This document shows, piece after piece, positions 1 through 8,647 of a stretch of 64,000 nt of DNA. The notes under the pieces are model-generated. The model was not told where the DNA came from, ran no database searches, and saw nothing but the letters and a program-made list of their open reading frames with translations. Positions within the stretch are counted from its first letter, which is position 1. Each line of letters begins with the position of its first letter. The stretch comes from a virus: positions 1 to 64,000 of the IMG/VR virus record IMGVR_UViG_3300035180_000343; one strand, written 5' to 3'. The position numbers and the translations under genes are program-made.

Positions 1-115
1 TCGACTACATCAACATCGACTACATCAACATCGACTACATCAACATCGACTACATCAACATCGACTACATCAACATCGACTACATCAACATCGACTACAT
101 CAACATCGACTACAT
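1..115. repeat. 15-bp tandem repeat TCGACTACATCAACA, 7 full copies plus 1 partial, truncated by the window start
   Basis: Read directly, with no spacers. Degenerate copies continue to ~152. Encodes STTST on + or DVVDV on -. Confidence 0.95.
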
Positions 116-159
116 CTTCTTCAACTGCTTCTATAATTTCACATTCGACTACGACAAGT

Positions 160-700
160 AGATGGATGTTAAATCAACTCTACTTATTCTCGTCCACGAG
201 AGTTCGGAAGAAACTCAGCGCCTCAGGTTATTTTCTTATCGACTGGCAGATTTATTCGACCAATTGCTTCGGTCGACCGAGGAACCCAACTCGGTAGTTT
301 TCACCCTTAAAGGAAGTCGTTTGCGTCTAAACCCTGAGCATTTAAAACATGTCGCCCGTTACGTTTCATATCTCCTCGCCGATGGTTCGACTAAGAGCGC
401 CTTGGTTCTTTCGATGGTTTGGGTGGTACTTCTTAATCCACCCACCTTTCGATTTCCCCTTTTCACATATGGTGGAGTGTTCCGACGCAACGTTGGAAGT
501 ACATATACGTCTTGGAAACTAACTTCATCCCTGATTTTTATTGGGATCCATCCTCATTTCAAAGTTCCGGTTTGTAGAACAATCCCCTTTTCTTGTCAGC
601 AATCGAGGATCAGAATTCGTTGCTATTAGTATTTAGAGTCGTCGCGGACAGTACTCCGACTTGTTCATTATATATAGACCTTCCGAGTCTATATACAATC
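160..700 (-). ncRNA. Candidate large structured non-coding RNA
   Basis: No credible ORF. GC is higher than the flanks. Stems at 188-201, 200-216, 256-276, 276-295, 421-443 and 671-695. A minus-strand late promoter lies at 706-713. Confidence 0.35.
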
Positions 701-705
701 TTAGG

Positions 706-713
706 TATTTATC
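706..713 (-). promoter_or_regulatory. T4-type late promoter (GATAAATA)
   Basis: TATTTATC on +, matching the NATAAATA motif seen before many late genes here. Confidence 0.5.
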
Positions 714-803
714 TTTAACCTTGAAGAAATTGTTTATCAGACAGTTTAACTTCTTTTTGATGGTTTGTCAAGCCCATTCCAGCTGACTTCGGATTGAAGT
801 GAT

Positions 804-1445
804 CTAAAATCCAAATTTGTTGTAGAAGTTTAGTCTTGCCTGTTTTAATGTTTTCATTGGAGTTTCAGATGGTAGAAATGTTTTTCTTTGTGGGAAAAGA
901 GTTCTGGTTCCAATGATCAATTTGTGCTTTGTTGGTTCTGGGAGACCAGATTCCTTGATCATGTTGGCATAGAAAGCCAATTGAAGTTTGTACGAATCCA
1001 AGTAACAATCTGGCTTCACGTCTTTTGATGTTTTAAAATCAATCAAAACGACTTCATCGTTTTCATAGGCAAGTAGATCAAACCTTCCAGCGATTCTAAG
1101 TGTTTTCGAAACCACAAATTGTTCTTGGCAAATTGGAGTTATCTTGTCAAGAATCTTTCGAATTGGTTTGAACATCTTTAGAGCTAACTGTTCTTCTTCG
1201 GTGTTACATTGTGAAAGTTCTTCTTTCTTTAAATATTGTTCACAAAGTAGATGGAAATGAGTTCCAATATCGGTTGCAAATTTAGTTTGTTTATCGGCTT
1301 CTTCGTTTCCTAATCGTTCTCTCCATTGAAGAAGACCGTCCCCTTTGTCCAATGCTCCAAGGACGGTTGTAACGGAAGGATATTTCACTCCATCAACCGT
1401 GTAGATCCTTCCGATGTTTTCGACGATTTCTGCTGAGACTTTCAA
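804..1445 (-). CDS. PD-(D/E)XK (Cas4-like) exonuclease
   Basis: YPSVTTVL, AGRFDLL and IDFKTS motifs. This family typically neighbours phoH in T4-like phages. Confidence 0.85.
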   Translation of the reverse strand: MKVSAEIVENIGRIYTVDGVKYPSVTTVLGALDKGDGLLQWRERLGNEEADKQTKFATDIGTHFHLLCEQYLKKEELSQCNTEEEQLALKMFKPIRKILDKITPICQEQFVVSKTLRIAGRFDLLAYENDEVVLIDFKTSKDVKPDCYLDSYKLQLAFYANMIKESGLPEPTKHKLIIGTRTLFPQRKTFLPSETPMKTLKQARLNFYNKFGF

Positions 1446-2191
1446 GGGATAACTCTATCAACCTCGATTATGAAATCTTTTACAAAAGCCGATCTAACGA
1501 TGTCTTGTGGTCTGAATGTCGTGATGTCAAACCATTTCGGAAGATTCTTAGCAATCTCTAACAGTTGAGCGAATCCAGATTTTTCTCTCTTTGGGTCAAA
1601 GTCGGATTGTTTTGTATCGCCACAAACTATCAATTGACAATCTTGGCCAACACGGGTCACAATTGTCCGCAATTCTTCCCACTTGTTGTTTTGTGCTTCG
1701 TCAATGACGACAATGCAGTTCGAGAAAGTTAGACCTCGGAGAAACGAGGTGAGTTGAAATTCGATGAATCCTTTTTTGGTAAGGACTTCGTATGCAGTGC
1801 CATCGCCACAAAGTTCATTGACTAGATTTCTATACGGTTCTTCGTAGATAGCACCCTTTTCTTCTAGTGATCCAGGTAGATGACCTACGTCTCGGGTTGC
1901 GACTGCACTGCGCAACAATATGATTTTTTGTGTTCTTCCAGATAGAAGTTCGTTCAACGCATAGTTTAAAGAAAGAAATGATTTTCCAGTTCCAGCTGAT
2001 CCTGCGGCAATTCCAAACATACCTTGTTCTAGTGCAAACATCAATTGGCGCTGAGATTCGTTCAATGGTTTGACATCGTATTTTAAAGCAATATTATTAG
2101 ATTTTGAAACTGTTTTTGTTGACTGCCTTTTGCTGCGAGTGCCTCTTTCTTTGACTTCTACATCGACCGAAAAATGTCTAGTCATTTTCAA
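1442..2191 (-). CDS. phoH: PhoH family ATPase
   Basis: GSAGTGKS, GHLPGSLEEK, FLRGLTF, VIDEAQN and CGDTKQSD motifs. Confidence 0.95.
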   Translation of the reverse strand: MKMTRHFSVDVEVKERGTRSKRQSTKTVSKSNNIALKYDVKPLNESQRQLMFALEQGMFGIAAGSAGTGKSFLSLNYALNELLSGRTQKIILLRSAVATRDVGHLPGSLEEKGAIYEEPYRNLVNELCGDGTAYEVLTKKGFIEFQLTSFLRGLTFSNCIVVIDEAQNNKWEELRTIVTRVGQDCQLIVCGDTKQSDFDPKREKSGFAQLLEIAKNLPKWFDITTFRPQDIVRSAFVKDFIIEVDRVIP

Positions 2192-2210
2192 ATCCTGTGG
2201 TGTTGTTTTT

Positions 2211-2492
2211 CTAAAGATTGATTGAGCATTGCATGTCTTTATTATAAGTATTTTTTATGTTTCTTAGTTTCTCCCTAAAGTCGTCTGAACATTTCCGAAC
2301 TCCGTTGCGCTCAAACCCAAGAGCAGTGTCGGCACAAATTCCAGAAAAGGTTGGGGAATAGATCATTTCCCCTTCTATGTCACAAGATTTACATTGCAAC
2401 GTCATAATATCTTTTCTATCACTAGACTTGATAAAATATTCTGATTTTTCGTTACAATGTGGACAAACATAATCATAAATGGGCATTATCAA
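2211..2492 (-). CDS. FmdB-like zinc-ribbon protein
   Basis: MPIYDYVCPHC...CKSC. Confidence 0.75.
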   Translation of the reverse strand: MIMPIYDYVCPHCNEKSEYFIKSSDRKDIMTLQCKSCDIEGEMIYSPTFSGICADTALGFERNGVRKCSDDFREKLRNIKNTYNKDMQCSINL

Positions 2493-2965
2493 CCTTCCAA
2501 CGATTTGGATTTTTCTTTCTTGGTGAATTTGATTGGGAGAGTGTCAATCCCTAGATATTTCTTTAGAAGGTCTTGAGAAACTGTTTCAAATCCAATTGAC
2601 TTCTTAAGAATTTTCAAGAGAAGAACTGCATCCTGTGGATCTAATGATTCAAGAGTCATAATCAACAGATCATATTTTCTCGATTGATCGACGATATTTG
2701 ATGGGTCGTTTGTAAAGATTGAAAGTTTGTCAAATACCTTATTAAAGGGAATAATTGCTGGGCCTTTAATTGGTTCAAAATTTACTTCACTTACGTCGAT
2801 ATAATTTCTATCTTCGAAATATGTTGCGTTAATAACTTTAGTTAGAAGAGCTTTATCGTCTGCTGACAATTTATTAAAAATATCTTCTTGTTCTTTTTCA
2901 TTGGCTGCTGCGCTCAACCAATTTACGATTGTTGAAATTGGAGTTAAACTTTTTACGTCTTGCAT
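2489..2965 (-). CDS. Conserved T4-like hypothetical protein downstream of rnh
   Basis: Intact ORF in the operon, with LESLDPQDAVLLLKI motif. Confidence 0.6.
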   Translation of the reverse strand: MQDVKSLTPISTIVNWLSAAANEKEQEDIFNKLSADDKALLTKVINATYFEDRNYIDVSEVNFEPIKGPAIIPFNKVFDKLSIFTNDPSNIVDQSRKYDLLIMTLESLDPQDAVLLLKILKKSIGFETVSQDLLKKYLGIDTLPIKFTKKEKSKSLEG

Positions 2966-2977
2966 GATGCTTCTTCC

Positions 2978-3808
2978 TCAAAAATGTTGAATTTCTTCAA
3001 TTAGCTTAGAAAGTCGATTTTTCACAAAATACTTGAACAGTTTTTGTTGGCTTTTGTTATGATCTACGTTTTCTATTGCTTCGCTTACTATATTTATTAC
3101 TTCCGATGGAATTTTATTAAAGTCGATCAAATCTCGATTCTGAAGAAATCTTTCCTTATATTCGGGTTGAAACAATAGTGCTGGATTGTTAATCAACTCT
3201 TTTATCCGCTTTGCTGTCAACGGTTTTTGGCGAACCCCAGTTAATTTACAATCAATTGGACTTAAAATGTTTGCAATCGTATCCCCACTATCTCCAGAAA
3301 TTATTTTCTTCAAAAGATCTTGTTCTGGGTCGGGTGATATAACATATTTCTTTCCAATCGACGACCATTGGGTAATGTGTGGGTTTATTTGAAGTTGCTT
3401 GAAATCTTCATCACTTGAAATAATAATCGTCGGTTCTTGACAATACTTCATAGCATAGATAGCAATGATGTCATCTGCTTCAACCTTTTCAACTTCAATT
3501 ATTTTCCATCGAAGGTTTTCTTTAAATTCTTCCTTCAGGATATTACCAATTCGATAAAGTTCGTTCCAATCTATACTGGATGATTTTCTACCTTCTTCTC
3601 GATGTTTTTTATATCCTGGATAGATATCGCGTCTCCAATAATTACGATTATCCATTGCTAAAATCATTTCACCATATTTGGATCCAAATTTTTTCTTGAA
3701 GGACAGCAGAGTCATGATGATTGAATGTCGGGCTAGATCTTCATTTAAATCTTTTCCCTGCATTGCCATATTTGAAACTAGAACTTGAGAAAAATCTACC
3801 AAAATCAT
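2978..3808 (-). CDS. rnh: T4-type RNase H (5'-3' exonuclease)
   Basis: MILVDFSQ, YWRRDIYPGYK, EADDIIA, SSDEDFKQL and GDSGDTIANI motifs. Confidence 0.95.
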   Translation of the reverse strand: MILVDFSQVLVSNMAMQGKDLNEDLARHSIIMTLLSFKKKFGSKYGEMILAMDNRNYWRRDIYPGYKKHREEGRKSSSIDWNELYRIGNILKEEFKENLRWKIIEVEKVEADDIIAIYAMKYCQEPTIIISSDEDFKQLQINPHITQWSSIGKKYVISPDPEQDLLKKIISGDSGDTIANILSPIDCKLTGVRQKPLTAKRIKELINNPALLFQPEYKERFLQNRDLIDFNKIPSEVINIVSEAIENVDHNKSQQKLFKYFVKNRLSKLIEEIQHF

Positions 3809-3840
3809 TATGTTACCTCTCAGACAGACCGTAAATGTTA

Positions 3841-3869
3841 ATTATATACGAAAATGTTTCGAAAGTCAA
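3841..3869 (-). promoter_or_regulatory. sigma70-type early promoter for the rnh operon
   Basis: TTGACT-17 bp-TATAAT on the minus strand. Confidence 0.8.
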
Positions 3870-3870
3870 C

Positions 3871-3878
3871 CATAAATA
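3871..3878 (+). promoter_or_regulatory. Late promoter (CATAAATA) for gp2
   Basis: Motif immediately upstream of ATG 3885. Confidence 0.65.
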
Positions 3879-3884
3879 CGGTAT

Positions 3885-4475
3885 ATGACTACTCTTTTAA
3901 AGAAAATTGCTAAACTTGTTCCTTCTCAAATTCGAGAAGCAGAACTCATCTCGGAAAGTTGGTTCATTCTAAAGGTTCGCGACGCACAAAAAAAATTAAA
4001 GATAACTCCAGGATCCCTTGTTCAGGAAGCAAAATCTTCGACAGCAAAGATTGGTCGAATTGTGATGTTTCGATATGATCCAAAAACAAAAGAATCACTA
4101 AAACACTACGACACATTCCCACTTGTTATTCCTATTCATATTTATCGAGACCGAATGCTTGGGTTGAATTTACATTATCTTCCTCCTAAAGTTCGAGCAT
4201 TTATATTGAACGGTCTAATGAAACGTAAGTTAAGAGGTGGAGTGGATGAGAAGAGTAGGCTTTTGGTGACATATAAATATTTAAAACGTCTTTCTATGTT
4301 CAGGTTTATTCTTCCTTGCGTTAAACAATATCTTCCTAGTCACATCATAGGAAATGTAATTCACGTTGATGCAACAGAATGGAACCAAGTTATTTTCTTA
4401 AACTTGGAAAGATTTAAAAAAGAGTCGAAGCAAATAGTTTGGAAAAATTCGATGAGAATCGCAAATGATTACTGA
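3885..4475 (+). CDS. gp2: DNA end protector protein
   Basis: MFRYDPKTK, YDTFPLVI and GLNLHYLPP motifs. Confidence 0.92.
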   Translation: MTTLLKKIAKLVPSQIREAELISESWFILKVRDAQKKLKITPGSLVQEAKSSTAKIGRIVMFRYDPKTKESLKHYDTFPLVIPIHIYRDRMLGLNLHYLPPKVRAFILNGLMKRKLRGGVDEKSRLLVTYKYLKRLSMFRFILPCVKQYLPSHIIGNVIHVDATEWNQVIFLNLERFKKESKQIVWKNSMRIANDY

Positions 4476-5367
4476 GTTCTTAAGCAAAATTAGACAAACT
4501 GGAGTTGCGTCTTCGGCAAGGTTTGTTTGTCAAATAACTCCACCTCTTGGCGTCAGCCTTCCAGACGATATTAGGTTCTCAATCGAGTCAACGGAATTTC
4601 CTGCTCAGAGAATAGAAACAAAAGAATATCGGTCTTATGGAACCGTAAATAAATTTGCATATCAGAGATCAAACGACGACTTGAATATCACATTTAGATG
4701 TTCTGATAGCATGATCGAAAAAACAATTTTCGATAAATGGTTGGGAATAATTTTTAATAACGATACTGGTAACGTAAAATATAGGCTTTCGGCAGTCGGA
4801 ACGATCAATATCTATCAAATTGGATGGAATGGTCAATCCCCATATTCTGTTGAAATCTCAGAAGCATTCCCCATTTCAGTTTCCGATTTAAACCTTGATT
4901 GGGGGTCTCAATCTACTTACCATAAATTTACAGTTTCATTTTCATATAATACATGGAAAACCGTTATCAAGCCAGACATAATGTTTTTCGGAACAGACAT
5001 TTCAAATCAGTCGGGTTTGAAGTCTCCGTCGACGAATATATATGGAAATGCTCAGAATATTTTGACCGAAATGGGTGGAAATTCTACTTCTAGAAACATG
5101 ATGGCAGGTGCGGTCAATTCATCATTGTCAAATGTGACAGGAGGTGCTACAAGTGGTATACAAGTTCCATCTTATTTAAACGGAATCGGTCTTCCAAGTA
5201 GAATTGGAATGCCAGATATTTTTACACAAGGGTTGAACGCAAATACGTTTACTTCGTTGACTAGAGTTATTGGGTCGACGGGCGCGACGCAAAAATTCAT
5301 GCGGAATTTGCCACCCGCAACTACAACACTTTTAAACTACAGTCTAGCTAAGATTTTAGGTAGATGA
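4465..5367 (+). CDS. gp54: Baseplate tail-tube initiator (gp54/gp19 fold) with a low-complexity C-terminal extension
   Basis: Tube-fold motifs (ESTEFPA, EAFPISVSDLNLDW, FTVSFSY) and position after gp2. Confidence 0.75.
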   Translation: MITEFLSKIRQTGVASSARFVCQITPPLGVSLPDDIRFSIESTEFPAQRIETKEYRSYGTVNKFAYQRSNDDLNITFRCSDSMIEKTIFDKWLGIIFNNDTGNVKYRLSAVGTINIYQIGWNGQSPYSVEISEAFPISVSDLNLDWGSQSTYHKFTVSFSYNTWKTVIKPDIMFFGTDISNQSGLKSPSTNIYGNAQNILTEMGGNSTSRNMMAGAVNSSLSNVTGGATSGIQVPSYLNGIGLPSRIGMPDIFTQGLNANTFTSLTRVIGSTGATQKFMRNLPPATTTLLNYSLAKILGR

Positions 5368-5392
5368 TTATTGACGAGAGAGGATTTACTAA

Positions 5393-6088
5393 ATGTTACC
5401 AAAAATTGAAACCCCTATATACGAGACAACTCTTCCTCTAACTAAGAAGACAGTTAAATTTCGTCCATTTCTTGTAAAAGAAGAGAAAATTCTTCTAATT
5501 GCTGCCGAAAGCAAAGATGACACTGAAATTGAACTTGCGTTGAAGTCTACAGTTTCCGCATGTACATTCAACAAAGTTGACGTCGAAAAACTCCCGATTG
5601 TCGACGTCGAATTTCTTTTCATTCAAATTAGAATGAAATCTGTTGGGGAAATCAGCACGATCAATTTTGTATGTAACAATATCGTTGATGGAAAAAGATG
5701 TAAGACTTCATTTACTAAAGATATTGATCTCGGGGACATAACAATAACTGAGGCCCCAGATACTCATATTAAACTGACAGACAATATGGGCGTCACTTTG
5801 TCTTTTCCAACATTAAATGATGTGTCGTTGAATCTGAATAAGATGGAAGATTTAGAAGAGTTCTTATTTAGACGCACGACTTTGATTTGGAAAGATAACG
5901 AAACATTTACAGAATTTACTAAACCAGAACTAATTGATTTTTACGAACAGTTCAATTCAAAACAGTTTGCTCCGATTGAGAAATTCATTTCTCAGATTCC
6001 AGTTCTTCACGAAGAAATAGAAATTGTCTGTCCAAAATGCGGGAAAAAAGAAGTCCATACATTGGAGGGACTGTCTGATTTTTTTTAA
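5393..6088 (+). CDS. gp26: Baseplate hub subunit
   Basis: MLPKIETPIYE, KFRPFLVKEEKILL, IRMKSVGE and C-terminal CPKC...GLSDFF. Confidence 0.92.
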   Translation: MLPKIETPIYETTLPLTKKTVKFRPFLVKEEKILLIAAESKDDTEIELALKSTVSACTFNKVDVEKLPIVDVEFLFIQIRMKSVGEISTINFVCNNIVDGKRCKTSFTKDIDLGDITITEAPDTHIKLTDNMGVTLSFPTLNDVSLNLNKMEDLEEFLFRRTTLIWKDNETFTEFTKPELIDFYEQFNSKQFAPIEKFISQIPVLHEEIEIVCPKCGKKEVHTLEGLSDFF

Positions 6089-6279
6089 TGCTCCTGTCGC
6101 ATGAGAGTTTAGCAAACATGCTTCAGGTTAATTTCGTGCTAATTCAAAAGCATCATTATTCGCTGACTGAGATAGAAAATCTCATTCCATGGGAACGGGA
6201 TGTTTATTTGGGATTGCTACAAAAAGATGTCGCGGAAGAAAACAAACGTATTGCTAAATTGCAGAGTCAAAGGAAGTAA
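6088..6279 (+). CDS. gp51: Baseplate hub assembly catalyst
   Basis: HHYSLTEIENLIPWERDVY motif. Confidence 0.9.
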   Translation: MLLSHESLANMLQVNFVLIQKHHYSLTEIENLIPWERDVYLGLLQKDVAEENKRIAKLQSQRK

Positions 6280-6281
6280 AA

Positions 6282-8561
6282 ATGGATTTAACTGCCGAAC
6301 AACTTGCTGAATTGGGAAAGCAATTTTCAAAAAGAGCCAAGACCAAACCCATTGGGAAGGGAGCAGTGAAAGTATCCGTCATTAAAGACTTGTTTAAAAA
6401 CTTGGCCAAAGAAAAAGTTTCGGGCATATTTGGCAAAATCACTGGCCCATTTAATGCTGTTATGGATAAGGTTAAAGAGTTTCGAGATGCTGTGCATGAA
6501 AAGGAAGTCGAAGCAGCAGAGGAATATGCTAAACAGAAACAGAAAGAGGTAAAAGAACTTGAAGACGAACTAAAGGACACTACCAAGTCCGAAGACGAAA
6601 TAGAGAAAATTCAGAAAGAATTGGACGACGCAAGACAAGAAGCAAAATCTGCAAGTGATGATTTGTTTAAGATAGTTGGAGATGATTTAGAAGATTATTT
6701 AGACGAAAAGAAAAAAGAGTCTAAAGATCTTAACGACGAATTTAAACAAACGAAGAAGTTAATAACTCAGAAAGAGAACATGTTGGAATCTCTTTCAAAT
6801 CTATCCGATAAAGAACGGAAAGCACTCGAAAAAGAAGTTGATGATCTAAAGAAAGATGCAAACGAAATTGCCAAAGAAATGGCATCGCTCGATAGCATTT
6901 CATCAACGGGTAAAGAACTAACTGAAGAAAAAATAGCAGTCAGCGAAGTGCCGCCATCTACAAATCCAACATCTGTATTACCACCATTGCCTCCGGAATC
7001 TACTAAAACAACCAGCGATTCTACTGAAACAGCCAGTGATTCTACTAAAACGACTGGCGATTCTACTAAAACAGCCAGTGATTCTACGAATGAAATAGTA
7101 AAGGCGACGGTTGACGGGTTTAAATTAACAAACAAAAATTTAATTCAATTGCGAGATATATGGGGAGATGAAACTGCCAAAGACGACCTTTCAAAAATTG
7201 ATCCGAAGATGGTTCAATATGTCACGGAGAACACTAAGCAATTCTTGCCTGAGATTATCCAGGGCATGGAAGAAGGAATCCGACATGAAATGGAAGAGAT
7301 TAGAAAGACCGATCCATCATCCGCAAAAGAATTAGAGAAGATTTTTCAAGAAATTGTTAAAACAAACACGATTTCTTCAACAGAAACTGAGCTAATTGAG
7401 AAGCAAACAAGTTTAGCCGAGCAGGCTGCCAATGACACGAAGATGGTCGGACAGGATCAAAAACAGGCAGAATCTCTCCAAAGAATGGAGTCGGAAGAGA
7501 ATTCGAATGAGTCTTTGACAAAAACAAGTCATCCTTCTATCAATGCTAAAGCAGTGACGCCAGCGACGCCAGCGACGCCAGCGACGCCAGCGACGCCAAC
7601 ATCGGAATCGGGTGAAGGAAAGAAATGGATGCTTGGAACTCTTGCTGGGTTAGCAATGGAAAGATTTATGCCAGCAAAAACTGTTCTTTCCAAAGGTGGC
7701 GGTCTACTTAAGAATGCCGGCGGTGCTGTTCTTTCCAAAGGTGGCGGTCTACTTAAGAATGTCGGTGGCGCTATTCTTTCTGGTGGTCTACTTAAGAATG
7801 CCGGCGGCGCTGTTCTTTCTAAAGGTGGCGGTCTACTTAAGAATGCCGGTAGCGCTATTCTTTCTGAGGGTGGTGGCCTGTTAAAGGGAATTTTGCCGAG
7901 CATTGCTGGCGAAGCAGGCGGGCTTGGAGGTCTGGCTACTGGAGCAATGAAATTAGCTGGTCCAGCGGCACTTGCTCTTGGAATTGGAAAAGGGCTATTT
8001 GATTATTCGAACGAATCGGAAGATGAGACAAAAGCAAGAGGTGGTGATGGGTTATCTGCTTTTGGAAGAATTGGCGATTCTGTTACTGGTGGATTAGCAA
8101 CCGATGCTGGAGAAAAATTAGCAGGCACATCTACTGGAGATTTCATTGGGAAATCGATCACTAAGGTTAAATCGTTCTTTGGAGATCAAGATGCAACCGA
8201 TCTCCTAGCAAGTCAAGAAAAATTAGCTCAAATGAATACTCCGGAAGGAAAAGCTGCCGCCTTGGCTGCATTTAAAGCCAATAAAGCAAAATCAATAACA
8301 CCAGAATCCCCAAAGAGTGACAATACCATTGTACCATCTTCTGATACAACTTCTCCACGAACACAAGCATTGGCTTCTGTAACAACCGAAAATCAAACTT
8401 TAAAAGAAGCCAATGCGTCGAAGCCAATAATTGTGAATGCTCCAACGACAAATAATGTCGGAAAAGGAAAATCGGCTGAAACTCAATCGTTAAGTGTCGT
8501 TGGGGTGAGAAATCAAGAAGGAACACTCAGAAGAATGTTAGATCTTCAATATGCGATCTAG
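6282..8561 (+). CDS. Probable tape measure / hub protein (gp29-like)
   Basis: Follows gp51, with coiled-coil N-terminus, Gly/Ala/Leu-rich repeats and a C-terminal IIVNAPTTNN motif. Confidence 0.65.
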   Translation: MDLTAEQLAELGKQFSKRAKTKPIGKGAVKVSVIKDLFKNLAKEKVSGIFGKITGPFNAVMDKVKEFRDAVHEKEVEAAEEYAKQKQKEVKELEDELKDTTKSEDEIEKIQKELDDARQEAKSASDDLFKIVGDDLEDYLDEKKKESKDLNDEFKQTKKLITQKENMLESLSNLSDKERKALEKEVDDLKKDANEIAKEMASLDSISSTGKELTEEKIAVSEVPPSTNPTSVLPPLPPESTKTTSDSTETASDSTKTTGDSTKTASDSTNEIVKATVDGFKLTNKNLIQLRDIWGDETAKDDLSKIDPKMVQYVTENTKQFLPEIIQGMEEGIRHEMEEIRKTDPSSAKELEKIFQEIVKTNTISSTETELIEKQTSLAEQAANDTKMVGQDQKQAESLQRMESEENSNESLTKTSHPSINAKAVTPATPATPATPATPTSESGEGKKWMLGTLAGLAMERFMPAKTVLSKGGGLLKNAGGAVLSKGGGLLKNVGGAILSGGLLKNAGGAVLSKGGGLLKNAGSAILSEGGGLLKGILPSIAGEAGGLGGLATGAMKLAGPAALALGIGKGLFDYSNESEDETKARGGDGLSAFGRIGDSVTGGLATDAGEKLAGTSTGDFIGKSITKVKSFFGDQDATDLLASQEKLAQMNTPEGKAAALAAFKANKAKSITPESPKSDNTIVPSSDTTSPRTQALASVTTENQTLKEANASKPIIVNAPTTNNVGKGKSAETQSLSVVGVRNQEGTLRRMLDLQYAI

Positions 8562-8592
8562 ACTTGGAAATTTCGTCAAAATCGAACGATTA

Positions 8593-8600
8593 TATAAATA
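8593..8600 (+). promoter_or_regulatory. Late promoter for gp18
   Basis: Exact TATAAATA. Confidence 0.8.
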
Positions 8601-8647
8601 CTTGATAACATAACCGATTCAAAAACTTAAAATCTAAAGGAAATAAC

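Noticed and set aside
1-115. CRISPR array
   Set aside because: The repeats are contiguous with no spacers. The nearby Cas4-like nuclease is the ordinary phoH-linked T4-like exonuclease.
380-400. tRNA T-loop-like GGTTCGA
   Set aside because: No cloverleaf could be built around it.
162-629. 155-aa + strand ORF
   Set aside because: No RBS or motif, atypical composition, and it opposes the local gene direction. Better explained as a chance ORF over a structured region.
6254-8526. Several minus-strand ORFs within the tape measure
   Set aside because: Antisense shadows of low-complexity coding sequence.
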